DNA of 64,000 nucleotides from Escherichia coli (GCF_003334385.1 NZ_QOWN01000013.1), one strand, 5' to 3'; positions 1 to 13,134 are shown, counted from the stretch's first letter. Notes: generated by a model from the sequence alone, not told the origin. Numbers and translations: made by a program.

Positions 1-224
1 ATTGCGAGGTTATCGCAAGAAAACGTTTTCGCGAGGTTGATGCGGTGCTTTCCTGGCTGTTAGAATACGCCCCGTCGCGCCTGACTGGGACAGGGGCCTG
101 TGTCTTTGCTGAATTTGATACAGAGTCTGAAGCCCGCCAGGTGCTAGAGCAAGCCCCGGAATGGCTCAATGGCTTTGTGGCGAAAGGCGCTAATCTTTCC
201 CCATTGCACAGAGCCATGCTTTAA
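1..224 (+). CDS. ispE: 4-diphosphocytidyl-2-C-methylerythritol kinase, 3' end only (5' end outside window)
   Basis: In-frame translation ends ...[17 protein letters not shown] with stop at 222-224; position immediately upstream of prs matches K-12 synteny. Confidence 0.75.
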
Positions 225-248
225 GCCGGGCAAGCTGAGTTTCGGTGA

Positions 249-1322
<1,074 letters not shown>

Positions 1323-1340
1323 TCGAACCCGGCTCAAAGA

Positions 1341-1361
1341 CCCGCTGCGGCGGGTTTTTTT
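1341..1361 (+). terminator. Rho-independent terminator after prs
   Basis: GC hairpin cccgctgcggcggg followed by T7 run. Confidence 0.7.
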
Positions 1362-1446
1362 GTCTGTAATATCCATTTGTATGACCTATGCCTCCTTCAC
1401 CTGCCATTTAGTTGACAGATGATGCGCTCACGGATGAAACATTATT

Positions 1447-3126
1447 GTGAACAAAATATTTTCCTCACATGTGATGCCTTTCCGCGCTCTGATCGACGCT
1501 TGCTGGAAAGAAAAATATACTGCCGCACGGTTTACCCGTGACCTGATTGCCGGGATAACCGTCGGGATTATTGCTATCCCGCTGGCGATGGCGTTGGCTA
1601 TTGGTAGTGGTGTGGCACCCCAGTACGGTTTATATACCGCAGCTGTTGCGGGGATTGTCATTGCTCTGACGGGTGGGTCACGCTTTAGCGTTTCCGGTCC
1701 GACTGCGGCATTTGTGGTAATTCTCTATCCCGTGTCGCAACAGTTTGGACTGGCAGGACTGCTGGTTGCGACCTTGCTGTCGGGGATCTTTTTGATTCTG
1801 ATGGGTCTGGCACGCTTTGGTCGCCTGATTGAGTATATTCCGGTTTCCGTCACCTTAGGTTTCACCTCGGGTATCGGGATCACCATCGGTACCATGCAGA
1901 TTAAAGATTTTCTCGGTCTGCAAATGGCCCATGTCCCGGAACATTATCTACAAAAAGTCGGCGCATTATTTATGGCGCTGCCGACCATTAATGTGGGTGA
2001 TGCTGCCATTGGCATTGTGACGCTAGGTATTCTTGTTTTTTGGCCGCGTCTGGGCATTCGTTTACCCGGTCACCTTCCGGCCTTGCTGGCTGGTTGCGCG
2101 GTGATGGGGATTGTTAACCTGCTCGGCGGACATGTTGCTACCATCGGTTCGCAATTCCACTACGTCCTGGCCGATGGTTCTCAGGGTAACGGTATTCCGC
2201 AACTGCTGCCGCAACTGGTGCTGCCGTGGGATCTGCCTAATTCAGAATTCACGCTAACCTGGGATTCTATTCGCACACTGCTGCCTGCGGCATTCTCAAT
2301 GGCAATGCTCGGCGCAATCGAATCTCTGCTCTGCGCCGTGGTGCTGGATGGTATGACCGGGACGAAACACAAGGCGAACAGCGAACTGGTTGGACAGGGA
2401 CTGGGGAATATTATCGCTCCGTTCTTTGGTGGTATTACCGCTACAGCTGCCATCGCGCGTTCTGCCGCTAACGTCCGTGCCGGGGCAACGTCCCCTATCT
2501 CGGCGGTGATCCACTCTATTCTGGTTATTCTTGCCCTGCTGGTACTGGCACCGCTGCTCTCCTGGCTGCCGCTTTCCGCCATGGCAGCCCTGCTGTTGAT
2601 GGTGGCGTGGAACATGAGTGAAGCGCACAAAGTGGTCGACTTGCTGCGTCATGCGCCGAAAGATGACATCATCGTCATGCTGCTGTGCATGTCGCTGACC
2701 GTGTTGTTTGATATGGTTATTGCCATCAGCGTGGGGATCGTGCTGGCATCGCTGCTGTTTATGCGTCGTATCGCACGTATGACTCGCCTGGCACCGGTAG
2801 TCGTAGATGTTCCAGACGATGTCCTGGTTCTGCGCGTTATTGGCCCGCTGTTTTTTGCTGCTGCTGAAGGCTTATTCACGGACCTGGAGTCACGTCTTGA
2901 AGGCAAACGGATTGTGATTCTGAAGTGGGATGCCGTTCCGGTACTTGATGCTGGTGGTCTTGATGCGTTCCAGCGTTTTGTGAAGCGTCTGCCCGAGGGA
3001 TGTGAACTGCGCGTGTGCAACGTGGAATTCCAGCCACTGCGCACTATGGCTCGCGCTGGCATTCAACCGATCCCGGGACGCCTGGCGTTCTTCCCGAATC
3101 GTCGCGCGGCGATGGCGGATTTATAA
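1447..3126 (+). CDS. dauA: C4-dicarboxylic acid transporter, SulP family with STAS domain
   Basis: 559-aa multi-TM ORF with GTG start ([20 protein letters not shown]...); length and position match DauA/YchM. Confidence 0.88.
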
Positions 3127-3136
3127 GTACGAGATT

Positions 3137-3162
3137 GACCAGTCAGCGCAAACTGACTGGTC
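3137..3162. terminator. Bidirectional hairpin between convergent dauA and ychH
   Basis: Perfect 10-bp inverted repeat gaccagtcag-cgcaaa-ctgactggtc. Confidence 0.6.
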
Positions 3163-3180
3163 AGCAAACTGCATTATTTG

Positions 3181-3459
3181 TTAGCTATGACGGCGATTAT
3201 CGCTACGGCGGCAACGTTTGTCATAGTGGCGAACCCACCAGTAACGGTCGCACACCTGTTCATGCCCGCCAACACGGGCACCCGCCAGCCAGAGAATGGC
3301 ACCGACGAAAATACTTAGCACTGCACCATGTGCGAAATACTGGGGCATATTAAACTGTGGTAACTGGTTGAGGATTGAATACCCCACGCCGACCACCATT
3401 ACCACCAGACCCAACCCCATGAGCACGTTACCGAGTAACGAAGCGTTTTTGCGTTTCAT
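3181..3459 (-). CDS. ychH: Small inner-membrane protein YchH
   Basis: 92-aa ORF MKRKNASLLGNVLMGLGLVVMVVGVGYSILNQ...; synteny between dauA and pth. Confidence 0.8.
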   Translation of the reverse strand: MKRKNASLLGNVLMGLGLVVMVVGVGYSILNQLPQFNMPQYFAHGAVLSIFVGAILWLAGARVGGHEQVCDRYWWVRHYDKRCRRSDNRRHS

Positions 3460-3736
3460 ATGTCACCTCCGGAACTTTCTGGGTTGTAACAGGGAATACC
3501 CCTCTTCCTTATGTGTAAAGTATAGACAACACTCAGTGGGTTATGTGCGGGCGTGATCACAATTACAACCCTTATTTCAACAAAACTTTACAAATAAACG
3601 CCTGAACACCTTGACTTTCTAATAGTCCACTCAGGCAATTATTACGTTATCTGCATTTGATACGCAGTTTTTTGTCAAGCGGGGCCGCAACCAGTAAACT
3701 ACGCGCCAGTTATGTACACACTCAGGACAAAAAAAC

Positions 3737-4321
3737 GTGACGATTAAATTGATTGTCGGCCTGGCGAACCCCGGTGCTGAATACGCCGCAACGCGACATA
3801 ATGCTGGTGCCTGGTTCGTTGACTTACTGGCAGAGCGTTTGCGCGCTCCGCTGCGCGAAGAGGCTAAATTCTTTGGTTATACTTCGCGAGTCACTCTTGG
3901 AGGCGAAGATGTCCGCCTGTTAGTCCCGACTACATTTATGAATCTCAGCGGCAAAGCCGTTGCGGCGATGGCCAGTTTTTTCCGCATTAATCCGGACGAA
4001 ATTCTGGTGGCCCACGACGAACTGGATCTGCCTCCTGGCGTCGCCAAATTTAAATTGGGCGGTGGCCATGGTGGTCACAATGGACTGAAAGACATCATCA
4101 GTAAATTGGGTAATAACCCTAACTTTCACCGTTTACGCATCGGAATCGGTCATCCGGGCGATAAAAATAAAGTTGTCGGTTTTGTGTTAGGCAAACCGCC
4201 TGTTAGTGAACAGAAGTTAATTGATGAAGCCATTGACGAAGCGGCGCGTTGTACTGAAATGTGGTTTACAGATGGCTTGACCAAAGCAACGAACCGATTG
4301 CACGCCTTTAAAGCGCAATAA
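3737..4321 (+). CDS. pth: Peptidyl-tRNA hydrolase
   Basis: 194-aa ORF with GTG start, [35 protein letters not shown]... Confidence 0.93.
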
Positions 4322-4437
4322 GTCGTTGTCTGCGGCATTTTTGCCGAGTGCCGTGTATAATAGGCAAAGTTATTTCCATTTCTGCAATCTGTTAGCAATA
4401 ACAGGTTGATTATTAAGATATTAAGGTGATTTAAATC

Positions 4438-5529
4438 ATGGGATTCAAATGCGGTATCGTCGGTTTGCCCAACGTCGGGAAATCTACCCTGTTCAACGCG
4501 CTGACCAAAGCCGGTATTGAAGCGGCCAACTTTCCATTCTGCACCATTGAGCCGAACACAGGCGTCGTACCAATGCCTGATCCTCGCCTGGATCAACTGG
4601 CTGAAATCGTAAAACCGCAGCGTACGCTTCCCACGACCATGGAATTTGTCGATATCGCCGGTCTGGTAAAAGGCGCATCGAAAGGCGAAGGTCTGGGTAA
4701 CCAGTTCCTGACCAACATCCGTGAAACCGAAGCGATCGGTCACGTTGTTCGCTGCTTTGAAAATGACAACATCATTCACGTTTCCGGCAAAGTTAACCCG
4801 GCTGACGATATTGAAGTTATCAACACCGAACTGGCGCTGGCAGACCTCGACACCTGCGAACGTGCGATTCATCGCGTACAGAAGAAAGCCAAAGGTGGCG
4901 ATAAAGACGCGAAAGCTGAGCTGGCGGTCCTGGAAAAATGCCTGCCCCAGTTGGAAAATGCAGGTATGCTGCGCGCGCTGGATTTAAGCGCTGAAGAGAA
5001 AGCGGCTATTCGTTACCTGAGCTTCCTGACGCTGAAACCAACAATGTACATCGCCAACGTCAACGAAGACGGTTTTGAAAACAACCCATATCTTGACCAG
5101 GTGCGTGAAATCGCGGCGAAAGAAGGTTCTGTTGTGGTTCCGGTTTGTGCTGCTGTTGAAGCAGACATTGCCGAACTGGACGACGAAGAACGTGACGAGT
5201 TTATGCAGGAGCTTGGGCTGGAAGAGCCGGGCCTGAACCGTGTGATCCGTGCCGGTTATAAACTGCTGAACCTGCAAACTTACTTCACCGCTGGGGTGAA
5301 AGAAGTGCGTGCATGGACCATTCCGGTTGGAGCAACCGCGCCGCAGGCAGCGGGCAAAATCCATACTGATTTTGAAAAAGGCTTTATCCGTGCACAAACC
5401 ATCTCGTTTGAAGATTTCATCACTTACAAAGGTGAACAAGGCGCGAAAGAAGCAGGCAAAATGCGTGCAGAAGGTAAAGATTACATCGTGAAAGATGGCG
5501 ATGTGATGAACTTCCTTTTCAACGTCTAA
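4438..5529 (+). CDS. ychF: Ribosome-binding ATPase YchF (Obg-family GTPase fold)
   Basis: 363-aa [45 protein letters not shown]... with P-loop. Confidence 0.93.
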
Positions 5530-5586
5530 TTAATTTATTGTCTCATGAGGTTTCGCTAAATCTCATGAAGAGCGCAAAAGTATATA

Positions 5587-5612
5587 AAATCCACGCAATT
5601 GCGTGGATTTTT
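5587..5612 (+). terminator. Rho-independent terminator after ychF
   Basis: aaaatccacgc-aatt-gcgtggattttt: perfect hairpin with flanking A and T runs. Confidence 0.7.
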
Positions 5613-6297
5613 CATTTCACCGAGTCCTAATCATTCTTGTAACATCCTACACTTTTGTGCTTATTGCCTATAGTGAACCACGAGAATAATTAAAGACATA
5701 AGTGTTCAGATGACGGATATCTCATTAGCAGTGATATAACGTAAGTTTTTGTATCACTACACATCAGCCCCCTTCACAGCTGATCAAAATTGATCACGCT
5801 CCAATATGCTGGCAAGATGAAAATGATAACCAGTAGCACAATAACAACGATAGGCCAGAAAACCCATTGACCAAAAATGAATATCGATGTTTTTTGCTTT
5901 TTCTTATTAGTAATGCAAAAATGGCGCATATTGTTTTTGTTATGCAGATACATCAAGCGAAATTCCCATAACTAATTAGGATTATTACAAAAAATCTTCA
6001 CCAAATTTTTTAACCGCTGTTTGTTGTAATATTTTTGCCATATTTATAGTAACGAATTGGAATAAGTAACGACAACTTAGGGAATAACTCGATATAAACT
6101 CACCTTTGTAAGGGGGATGTTAAATATATATTAATTCCTGTGTTCCTGATTTTGCCCGGTAATAGAGAATTATTCTCTGAGAAGCTCATCATGATTGCAC
6201 CATACAAATATCATGATGATAAGAGGATATTATTCATTGATTTAAACAAAATGACAAAATCCATAGACCCATAGTCTGGGTACTATATAGGAGTGGT

Positions 6298-9164
6298 ATG
6301 GGCATCAAACAACACAATGGGAATACCAAAGCAGATCGTCTCGCTGAATTAAAAATCCGTTCGCCCTCAATTCAACTGATAAAATTTGGCGCTATTGGTT
6401 TGAATGCAATTATCTTTTCCCCCCTGCTGATAGCTGCTGATACAGGAAGTCAATATGGCACCAATATTACTATTAATGATGGTGACAGAATTACAGGAGA
6501 TACCGCCGATCCATCAGGAAACCTCTATGGTGTAATGACCCCAGCAGGAAACACGCCTGGCAATATCAACCTGGGTAATGATGTCACCGTCAATGTCAAC
6601 GACGCCTCTGGATATGCAAAAGGAATCATTATTCAGGGCAAAAACAGCTCCCTGACAGCTAACCGACTCACAGTAGATGTTGTTGGTCAAACCTCTGCCA
6701 TCGGCATTAACTTAATTGGTGACTATACCCATGCTGACTTAGGCACAGGCAGCACCATTAAGAGTAACGATGACGGCATCATTATTGGGCATAGCTCAAC
6801 ACTAACAGCCACTCAATTCACCATTGAAAACTCGAACGGTATAGGCCTAACCATCAATGACTATGGCACCAGTGTCGATCTTGGAAGCGGAAGTAAAATC
6901 ACGACCGATGGAAGTACAGGTGTTTATATCGGTGGTCTCAACGGCAATAACGCCAATGGTGCTGCGCGTTTTACGGCTACAGACCTGACAATCGATGTTC
7001 AGGGCTACAGCGCCATGGGGATAAACGTACAGAAAAACTCTGTTGTCGATCTCGGAACAAACAGTACCATTAAAACCAATGGCGATAATGCTCACGGCCT
7101 CTGGAGCTTTGGCCAGGTTAGCGCGAATGCACTCACTGTTGATGTAACTGGAGCCGCGGCCAATGGCGTCGAAGTTCGTGGTGGTACAACCACTATCGGT
7201 GCAGATAGCCATATTTCTTCCGCGCAGGGCGGTGGCCTCGTCACCAGTGGTTCAGACGCGATAATCAATTTTACTGGCACGGCAGCGCAACGAAACAGCA
7301 TCTTTTCCGGCGGTTCTTATGGTGCCTCGGCCCAGACGGCAACGGCTGTTGTCAACATGCAAAATACCGATATTACAGTTGATCGTAATGGCAGTCTGGC
7401 GCTGGGTTTGTGGGCTCTCAGCGGCGGTAGAATAACCGGAGACAGTTTGGCTATCACCGGCGCGGCAGGAGCCAGGGGAATTTATGCCATGACCAACAGC
7501 CAGATCGACCTCACGAGCGATCTGGTCATTGATATGAGTACACCCGACCAGATGGCCATCGCAACGCAACATGACGATGGTTATGCCGCCAGCCGCATCA
7601 ACGCCTCGGGTCGTATGCTTATCAACGGTAGCGTTCTTTCCAAAGGTGGGCTAATCAATCTGGATATGCACCCTGGGTCGGTTTGGACAGGTTCCTCCCT
7701 CAGCGATAATGTCAATGGCGGAAAACTGGACGTTGCAATGAATAACAGCGTCTGGAACGTAACAAGTAATTCTAATCTCGACACGCTGGCGCTGAGCCAT
7801 TCAACTGTCGATTTTGCCAGCCACGGGTCAACTGCCGGCACATTTGCCACATTAAACGTAGAGAACCTGAGCGGTAACAGTACCTTTATTATGCGTGCTG
7901 ATGTTGTTGGCGAGGGTAATGGCGTTAATAATAAAGGGGATTTATTGAATATCAGCGGGAGTAGTGCTGGTAATCACGTATTGGCTATCCGCAACCAGGG
8001 CAGCGAGGCCACAACGGGAAATGAAGTTCTGACAGTGGTAAAAACCACTGACGGCGCGGCCTCGTTCAGCGCGTCTTCTCAGGTTGAGTTGGGGGGATAT
8101 CTGTACGATGTGCGTAAAAATGGCACTAACTGGGAGCTTTACGCTTCCGGGACAGTTCCGGAACCGACTCCTAATCCTGAACCCACACCAGCTCCCGCTC
8201 AGCCTCCCATAGTCAACCCCGATCCTACGCCTGAACCCGCTCCCACGCCTAAACCCACCACGACCGCAGATGCTGGCGGCAATTATCTCAATGTCGGTTA
8301 CTTATTGAACTATGTTGAAAACCGTACGCTGATGCAACGGATGGGTGACCTGCGAAATCAGAGTAAAGACGGTAATATCTGGTTGCGCAGTTATGGGGGA
8401 AGCCTGGACTCCTTTGCCAGTGGCAAACTGAGCGGCTTTGACATGGGTTACAGCGGTATCCAGTTTGGTGGGGATAAACGTCTCTCTGATGTAATGCCGT
8501 TGTATGTCGGTCTGTATATTGGCTCAACACATGCATCGCCGGACTATAGCGGAGGCGACGGTACCGCACGTTCAGACTACATGGGAATGTACGCCAGTTA
8601 CATGGCACAAAACGGTTTTTACAGCGATCTCGTTATAAAAGCATTGCGCCAGAAAAATAGTTTCCACGTACTGGACAGTCAGAACAACGGCGTTAACGCC
8701 AACAGCACTGCGAATGGAATGAGCATCTCCCTGGAAGCCGGGCAGAGGTTCAACCTGTCCCCTACTGGTTATGGGTTCTATATAGAGCCGCAAACCCAGC
8801 TTACATACAGCCACCAGAATGAGATGACTATGAAGGCGAGTAATGGCCTCAATATACATCTGAATCACTACGAATCGCTGCTGGGGCGTGCCAGCATGAT
8901 ACTGGGGTATGACATCACCGCAGCAACAGCCAGCTGAATGTCTATGTGAAGACTGGCGCTATCCGCGAGTTTTCAGGGGATACCGAATATCTGTTGAACA
9001 ACTCCCGGGAGAAGTACAGTTTCAAAGGTAATGGCTGGAATAACGGCGTGGGAGTCAGTGCACAGTATAACAAACAGCACACATTCTATCTCGAAGCGGA
9101 TTACACGCAGGGTAACCTCTTTGATCAGAAGCAAGTCAACGGAGGATATCGCTTCAGCTTTTAA
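6298..9164 (+). pseudogene. ycgV: AIDA-like autotransporter adhesin YcgV, reading frame broken by an apparent -1 frameshift near 8930
   Basis: 879-aa ORF 6298..8937 (extended signal peptide, passenger repeats, proline-rich linker PEPTPNPEPTPAP) stops at 8935-8937; the beta-barrel C-terminus ...GGYRFSF continues in another frame (8946..9164). Total span is 2867 nt, one base short of the 956 codons recalled for K-12 YcgV. Confidence 0.6.
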
Positions 9165-9263
9165 GTGCGGGATAGACAAGCCCTTAAACGATGCTGAAAA
9201 TTGTTAGCGTGCGCCGGAATGAAATACAGATCACTCTGATGTATCAGAAATCGTTTCTGTCTT

Positions 9264-11183
9264 TCATACCCGGCGCTTAAACTGCCCTGCATCAATGCCA
9301 TGTTGCTTCATTTTCCGCCACAGCGTAGTGCGGCCGATCCCAAGTAAAGCCGACATTTCCTGAATGCGACCGCCTGTGACCTGGGCTGCGTTAATAATTG
9401 CCTCTTTTTCAACTTCCGCAAATGACAGACTGGTGGAAAGGCGGGTGGCGCTGACATCATCTGTCGCCTGCTCGGTAAACAGATGTTCCGGCAAATCACT
9501 GACGCGAATGCGCCCGTTATCACTACTCAGAGCAAGATTCTCGATGACGCTGTAAAGTTCAAAATCGTTGCCTGGCCATGCACAAGAAACCAGGCGAGCG
9601 AGGGCATCGTCATCAATTTTCAGCCGCGTAGAGAAGCGTTTTTCAAGACTGCGTAATTTGTTATTCACCAGCGCCGGAATGCTGCCACGCCGCATACGCA
9701 GAGGCGGGATGGTAATTTCAAATGCATGCAGCGCGTAATACAGCTGGCGACTAAAACGATTTTGTTCCACCAGCATTGCGAGGTCCGCGGTCGTTGTTGC
9801 AATCACTTTGACATCAATTGGTATTAAACGCCGCGCATCCAGTCGCGTGATAACCCCCTGCTTGATAACCTGAAGCAAAGCAGACTGTAACTCCACCGCC
9901 AGATATTCAATCTTTTCAAGAAACAGCGTGCCGCCGTGTGCCAGTTCCAGCCGACTCAGACGGCCATTTTCATTGTCCGTGCGATCGCCACCAATAAATT
10001 CTTCCGCCAGCGCAGCATCACCATATAACTCACAATTGACGGCGATATAAGGACCTGCAGCACGCTCGCTTTCATTATGAATTGCCTGACTTAGCAGTGC
10101 CTTGCCCACGCCCTCTTCTCCACAAAGCAGGACAGGAAAGCTACTGCGCGCCGCCTGGCGACCAAAATGAATCAAGCGGCGGGTTTGCGGATCGTCCTGT
10201 GGCATATGAGCGAAGGTATGGCTGACTTTTCCTAATTGACTGGTCATCAACTGCCGCATCTGTTCCACAGGATGGAGCAACAAAATAAAGCTGGTTCCCT
10301 GCGTTTCTATTATCGGTTTAAGGGTTATCACCGCATCAATAAACTGGTGCTGGCTTTCAAAGGTTGCTTCTACGTGTTTGAGCGGATGTGCCTGTTTTAT
10401 TGCTTGTTGCAATACGGCGGGTAACGTTAAGAGTTCAGTGATTGCCCGTCCCTGACTTGCCGTCGCGTCAAGGCGCAAGACCCGCGCCGCCTGGGCATTA
10501 ATAAATTGCAAATTACCCTGCTCGTCCCAGCTAATCACGCCATCATCCATACTTTCTAACAGGGCATTAAGTTGATTTAAATGACGGTTAGTTTCAGCGA
10601 GCAAACTGTCCGTCAGCAGTAAATTTCCGACCTCGCGGGCGATTGCCAACGTCAACGGCAAATCAGCTGCGGTAGTTTGCTCAACCGGACACGCCAGCGC
10701 TATTGTTCCCGTCAATCGGCCCTTGCTGTCAAACAACGGCGTTGCACAAAAGGCCCAGTTCCAGAGTACCTGTTTGAAATGTTGATCGGCCATCGTTTTC
10801 ACGGCCTGACCAGAGATAGCCGCTAACGATAGCGCACAAGTACCAATAATTCCCTCGGCGCAATACGTGCCGTCATTGAATCCCAGTGCACTTAGCTGCT
10901 GCAAGGTTTGCGGATCGCCATTACGGCTGAGAATGCAGGCGGTTTCATCGAGGATAAACAGCGCACACTCTCGCGGTGCCATATATTCCCAGGCATCTTC
11001 CAGCGCAGCCTGCCCGAGCGTCAGCATCGCTTTCTTACGCCGATAAATAGAAGCAAATGTCACGCCCTGGGCCTGATGTGGTACGTTCCATGTCTCCCGT
11101 TTCATCAGCTTATTGCATCGCTCCCAGGAGGTTGCAATTAAGGGAGATATGCCCCGACCATCGTTGTTAAAAGCGCCACTCAT
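9264..11183 (-). CDS. dhaR: Sigma-70-dependent transcriptional regulator of the dha operon (GAF-PAS-AAA+ HTH)
   Basis: ORF contains MSGAFNNDGRGISPLIATSWERCNKLMKRETWNV...; 639 aa from this Met; divergent from dhaK. Confidence 0.88.
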   Translation of the reverse strand: MSGAFNNDGRGISPLIATSWERCNKLMKRETWNVPHQAQGVTFASIYRRKKAMLTLGQAALEDAWEYMAPRECALFILDETACILSRNGDPQTLQQLSALGFNDGTYCAEGIIGTCALSLAAISGQAVKTMADQHFKQVLWNWAFCATPLFDSKGRLTGTIALACPVEQTTAADLPLTLAIAREVGNLLLTDSLLAETNRHLNQLNALLESMDDGVISWDEQGNLQFINAQAARVLRLDATASQGRAITELLTLPAVLQQAIKQAHPLKHVEATFESQHQFIDAVITLKPIIETQGTSFILLLHPVEQMRQLMTSQLGKVSHTFAHMPQDDPQTRRLIHFGRQAARSSFPVLLCGEEGVGKALLSQAIHNESERAAGPYIAVNCELYGDAALAEEFIGGDRTDNENGRLSRLELAHGGTLFLEKIEYLAVELQSALLQVIKQGVITRLDARRLIPIDVKVIATTTADLAMLVEQNRFSRQLYYALHAFEITIPPLRMRRGSIPALVNNKLRSLEKRFSTRLKIDDDALARLVSCAWPGNDFELYSVIENLALSSDNGRIRVSDLPEHLFTEQATDDVSATRLSTSLSFAEVEKEAIINAAQVTGGRIQEMSALLGIGRTTLWRKMKQHGIDAGQFKRRV

Positions 11184-11410
11184 ATCCCGCATCCCTTATG
11201 ACAAAAGGTGTTCCGGCTCGCAATTTTAAGTATTAATACACGTAAAAGTTTCAATATGGAACATTCATTAAAGCATATGTTTCACTATGAAACATAATTT
11301 GGGCTAATTTTCTTTTCCCTTGCCTGATGCACAATGGATTCATCGGCAGTCAGTGGTCGCCGTGTCGTTGAACATCATCCATGCCCTACCGTAATTGCTG
11401 GAGCAAAATA

Positions 11411-12481
11411 ATGAAAAAATTGATCAATGATGTGCAAGACGTACTGGACGAACAACTGGCAGGACTGGCGAAAGCGCATCCATCGCTGACACTGCATCAG
11501 GATCCGGTGTATGTCACCCGAGCTGATGCCCCTGTTGCAGGAAAAGTCGCCCTGCTGTCGGGTGGCGGCAGCGGACACGAGCCGATGCACTGTGGTTATA
11601 TCGGTCAGGGGATGCTTTCGGGGGCCTGTCCGGGCGAAATTTTCACCTCACCGACGCCCGATAAAATCTTTGAATGCGCCATGCAAGTTGATGGCGGCGA
11701 AGGTGTACTGTTGATTATCAAAAATTACACCGGCGATATTCTTAACTTTGAAACAGCGACCGAGTTACTGCACGATAGCGGCGTAAAAGTGACCACTGTG
11801 GTCATTGATGACGACGTTGCGGTAAAAGACAGTCTTTATACTGCCGGGCGACGCGGCGTTGCCAACACCGTATTAATTGAAAAACTCGTAGGCGCAGCGG
11901 CGGAGCGTGGCGACTCACTGGACGCCTGTGCGGAACTGGGGCGTAAGCTGAATAATCAAGGCCACTCAATAGGTATCGCTCTCGGTGCCTGTACCGTTCC
12001 TGCCGCGGGCAAACCTTCTTTTACCCTGGCGGATAATGAGATGGAGTTTGGCGTCGGCATTCATGGTGAGCCGGGTATTGACCGCCGCCCCTTCTCTTCC
12101 CTTGATCAAACCGTCGATGAAATGTTCGACACCCTGCTGGTAAATGGCTCATACCATCGCACTTTGCGTTTCTGGGATTATCAACAAGGCAGTTGGCAGG
12201 AAGAACAACAAACCAAACAACCGCTCCAGTCTGGCGATCGGGTGATTGCGCTGGTTAACAATCTTGGCGCAACTCCGCTTTCTGAGCTGTACGGCGTCTA
12301 TAACCGCCTGACCACACGTTGCCAGCAAGCGGGATTGACTATCGAACGTAATTTAATTGGCGCGTACTGCACCTCACTGGATATGACCGGTTTCTCAATC
12401 ACCTTACTGAAAGTTGATGACGAAACGCTGGCACTCTGGGACGCCCCGGTCCACACCCCGGCCCTTAACTGGGGTAAATAA
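11411..12481 (+). CDS. dhaK: PTS-dependent dihydroxyacetone kinase, DHA-binding subunit
   Basis: MKKLINDVQDVLDEQLAGLAKAHPSLTLHQDPVYVTRAD...; 356 aa. Confidence 0.9.
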   Translation: MKKLINDVQDVLDEQLAGLAKAHPSLTLHQDPVYVTRADAPVAGKVALLSGGGSGHEPMHCGYIGQGMLSGACPGEIFTSPTPDKIFECAMQVDGGEGVLLIIKNYTGDILNFETATELLHDSGVKVTTVVIDDDVAVKDSLYTAGRRGVANTVLIEKLVGAAAERGDSLDACAELGRKLNNQGHSIGIALGACTVPAAGKPSFTLADNEMEFGVGIHGEPGIDRRPFSSLDQTVDEMFDTLLVNGSYHRTLRFWDYQQGSWQEEQQTKQPLQSGDRVIALVNNLGATPLSELYGVYNRLTTRCQQAGLTIERNLIGAYCTSLDMTGFSITLLKVDDETLALWDAPVHTPALNWGK

Positions 12482-12491
12482 GGAGAAAGCA

Positions 12492-13124
12492 ATGTCACTG
12501 AGCAGAACTCAAATTGTTAACTGGCTCACTCGTTGTGGCGATATTTTCAGCACCGAGAGCGAGTATCTTACCGGACTGGATCGCGAAATTGGCGATGCTG
12601 ACCACGGGCTAAATATGAACCGAGGCTTTAGCAAAGTGGTGGAAAAACTCCCTGCTATCGCAGATAAAGATATCGGTTTCATTCTCAAGAATACCGGTAT
12701 GACGCTGCTTTCCAGCGTCGGTGGTGCCAGTGGTCCGCTGTTCGGTACCTTCTTTATCCGCGCCGCACAGGCGACCCAGGCACGGCAAAGCCTGACACTG
12801 GAAGAGCTTTATCAGATGTTCCGCGATGGCGCGGACGGCGTAATCAGTCGCGGGAAAGCCGAACCTGGCGATAAAACCATGTGTGATGTGTGGGTGCCGG
12901 TGGTGGAATCGTTACGTCAGTCCAGCGAGCAAAATCTCTCTGTTCCGGTGGCGCTCGAAGCTGCCAGTAGCATCGCCGAATCCGCTGCACAAAGTACGAT
13001 TACGATGCAAGCCCGCAAAGGCCGCGCCAGTTATCTCGGTGAACGCAGTATTGGTCACCAGGATCCCGGCGCGACCTCGGTGATGTTTATGATGCAAATG
13101 TTGGCGTTAGCCGCAAAAGAGTAA
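12492..13124 (+). CDS. dhaL: PTS-dependent dihydroxyacetone kinase, ADP-binding subunit
   Basis: MSLSRTQIVNWLTRCGDIFSTESEYLTGLDREIGDADHG...; 210 aa. Confidence 0.9.
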   Translation: MSLSRTQIVNWLTRCGDIFSTESEYLTGLDREIGDADHGLNMNRGFSKVVEKLPAIADKDIGFILKNTGMTLLSSVGGASGPLFGTFFIRAAQATQARQSLTLEELYQMFRDGADGVISRGKAEPGDKTMCDVWVPVVESLRQSSEQNLSVPVALEAASSIAESAAQSTITMQARKGRASYLGERSIGHQDPGATSVMFMMQMLALAAKE

Positions 13125-13134
13125 GGAATTGGTG

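Noticed and set aside
4150-4872. 240-aa minus-strand ORF spanning the pth 3' end and ychF 5' end
   Set aside because: Antisense to two well-supported conserved genes and crosses their intergenic region; no start context or recognisable motifs
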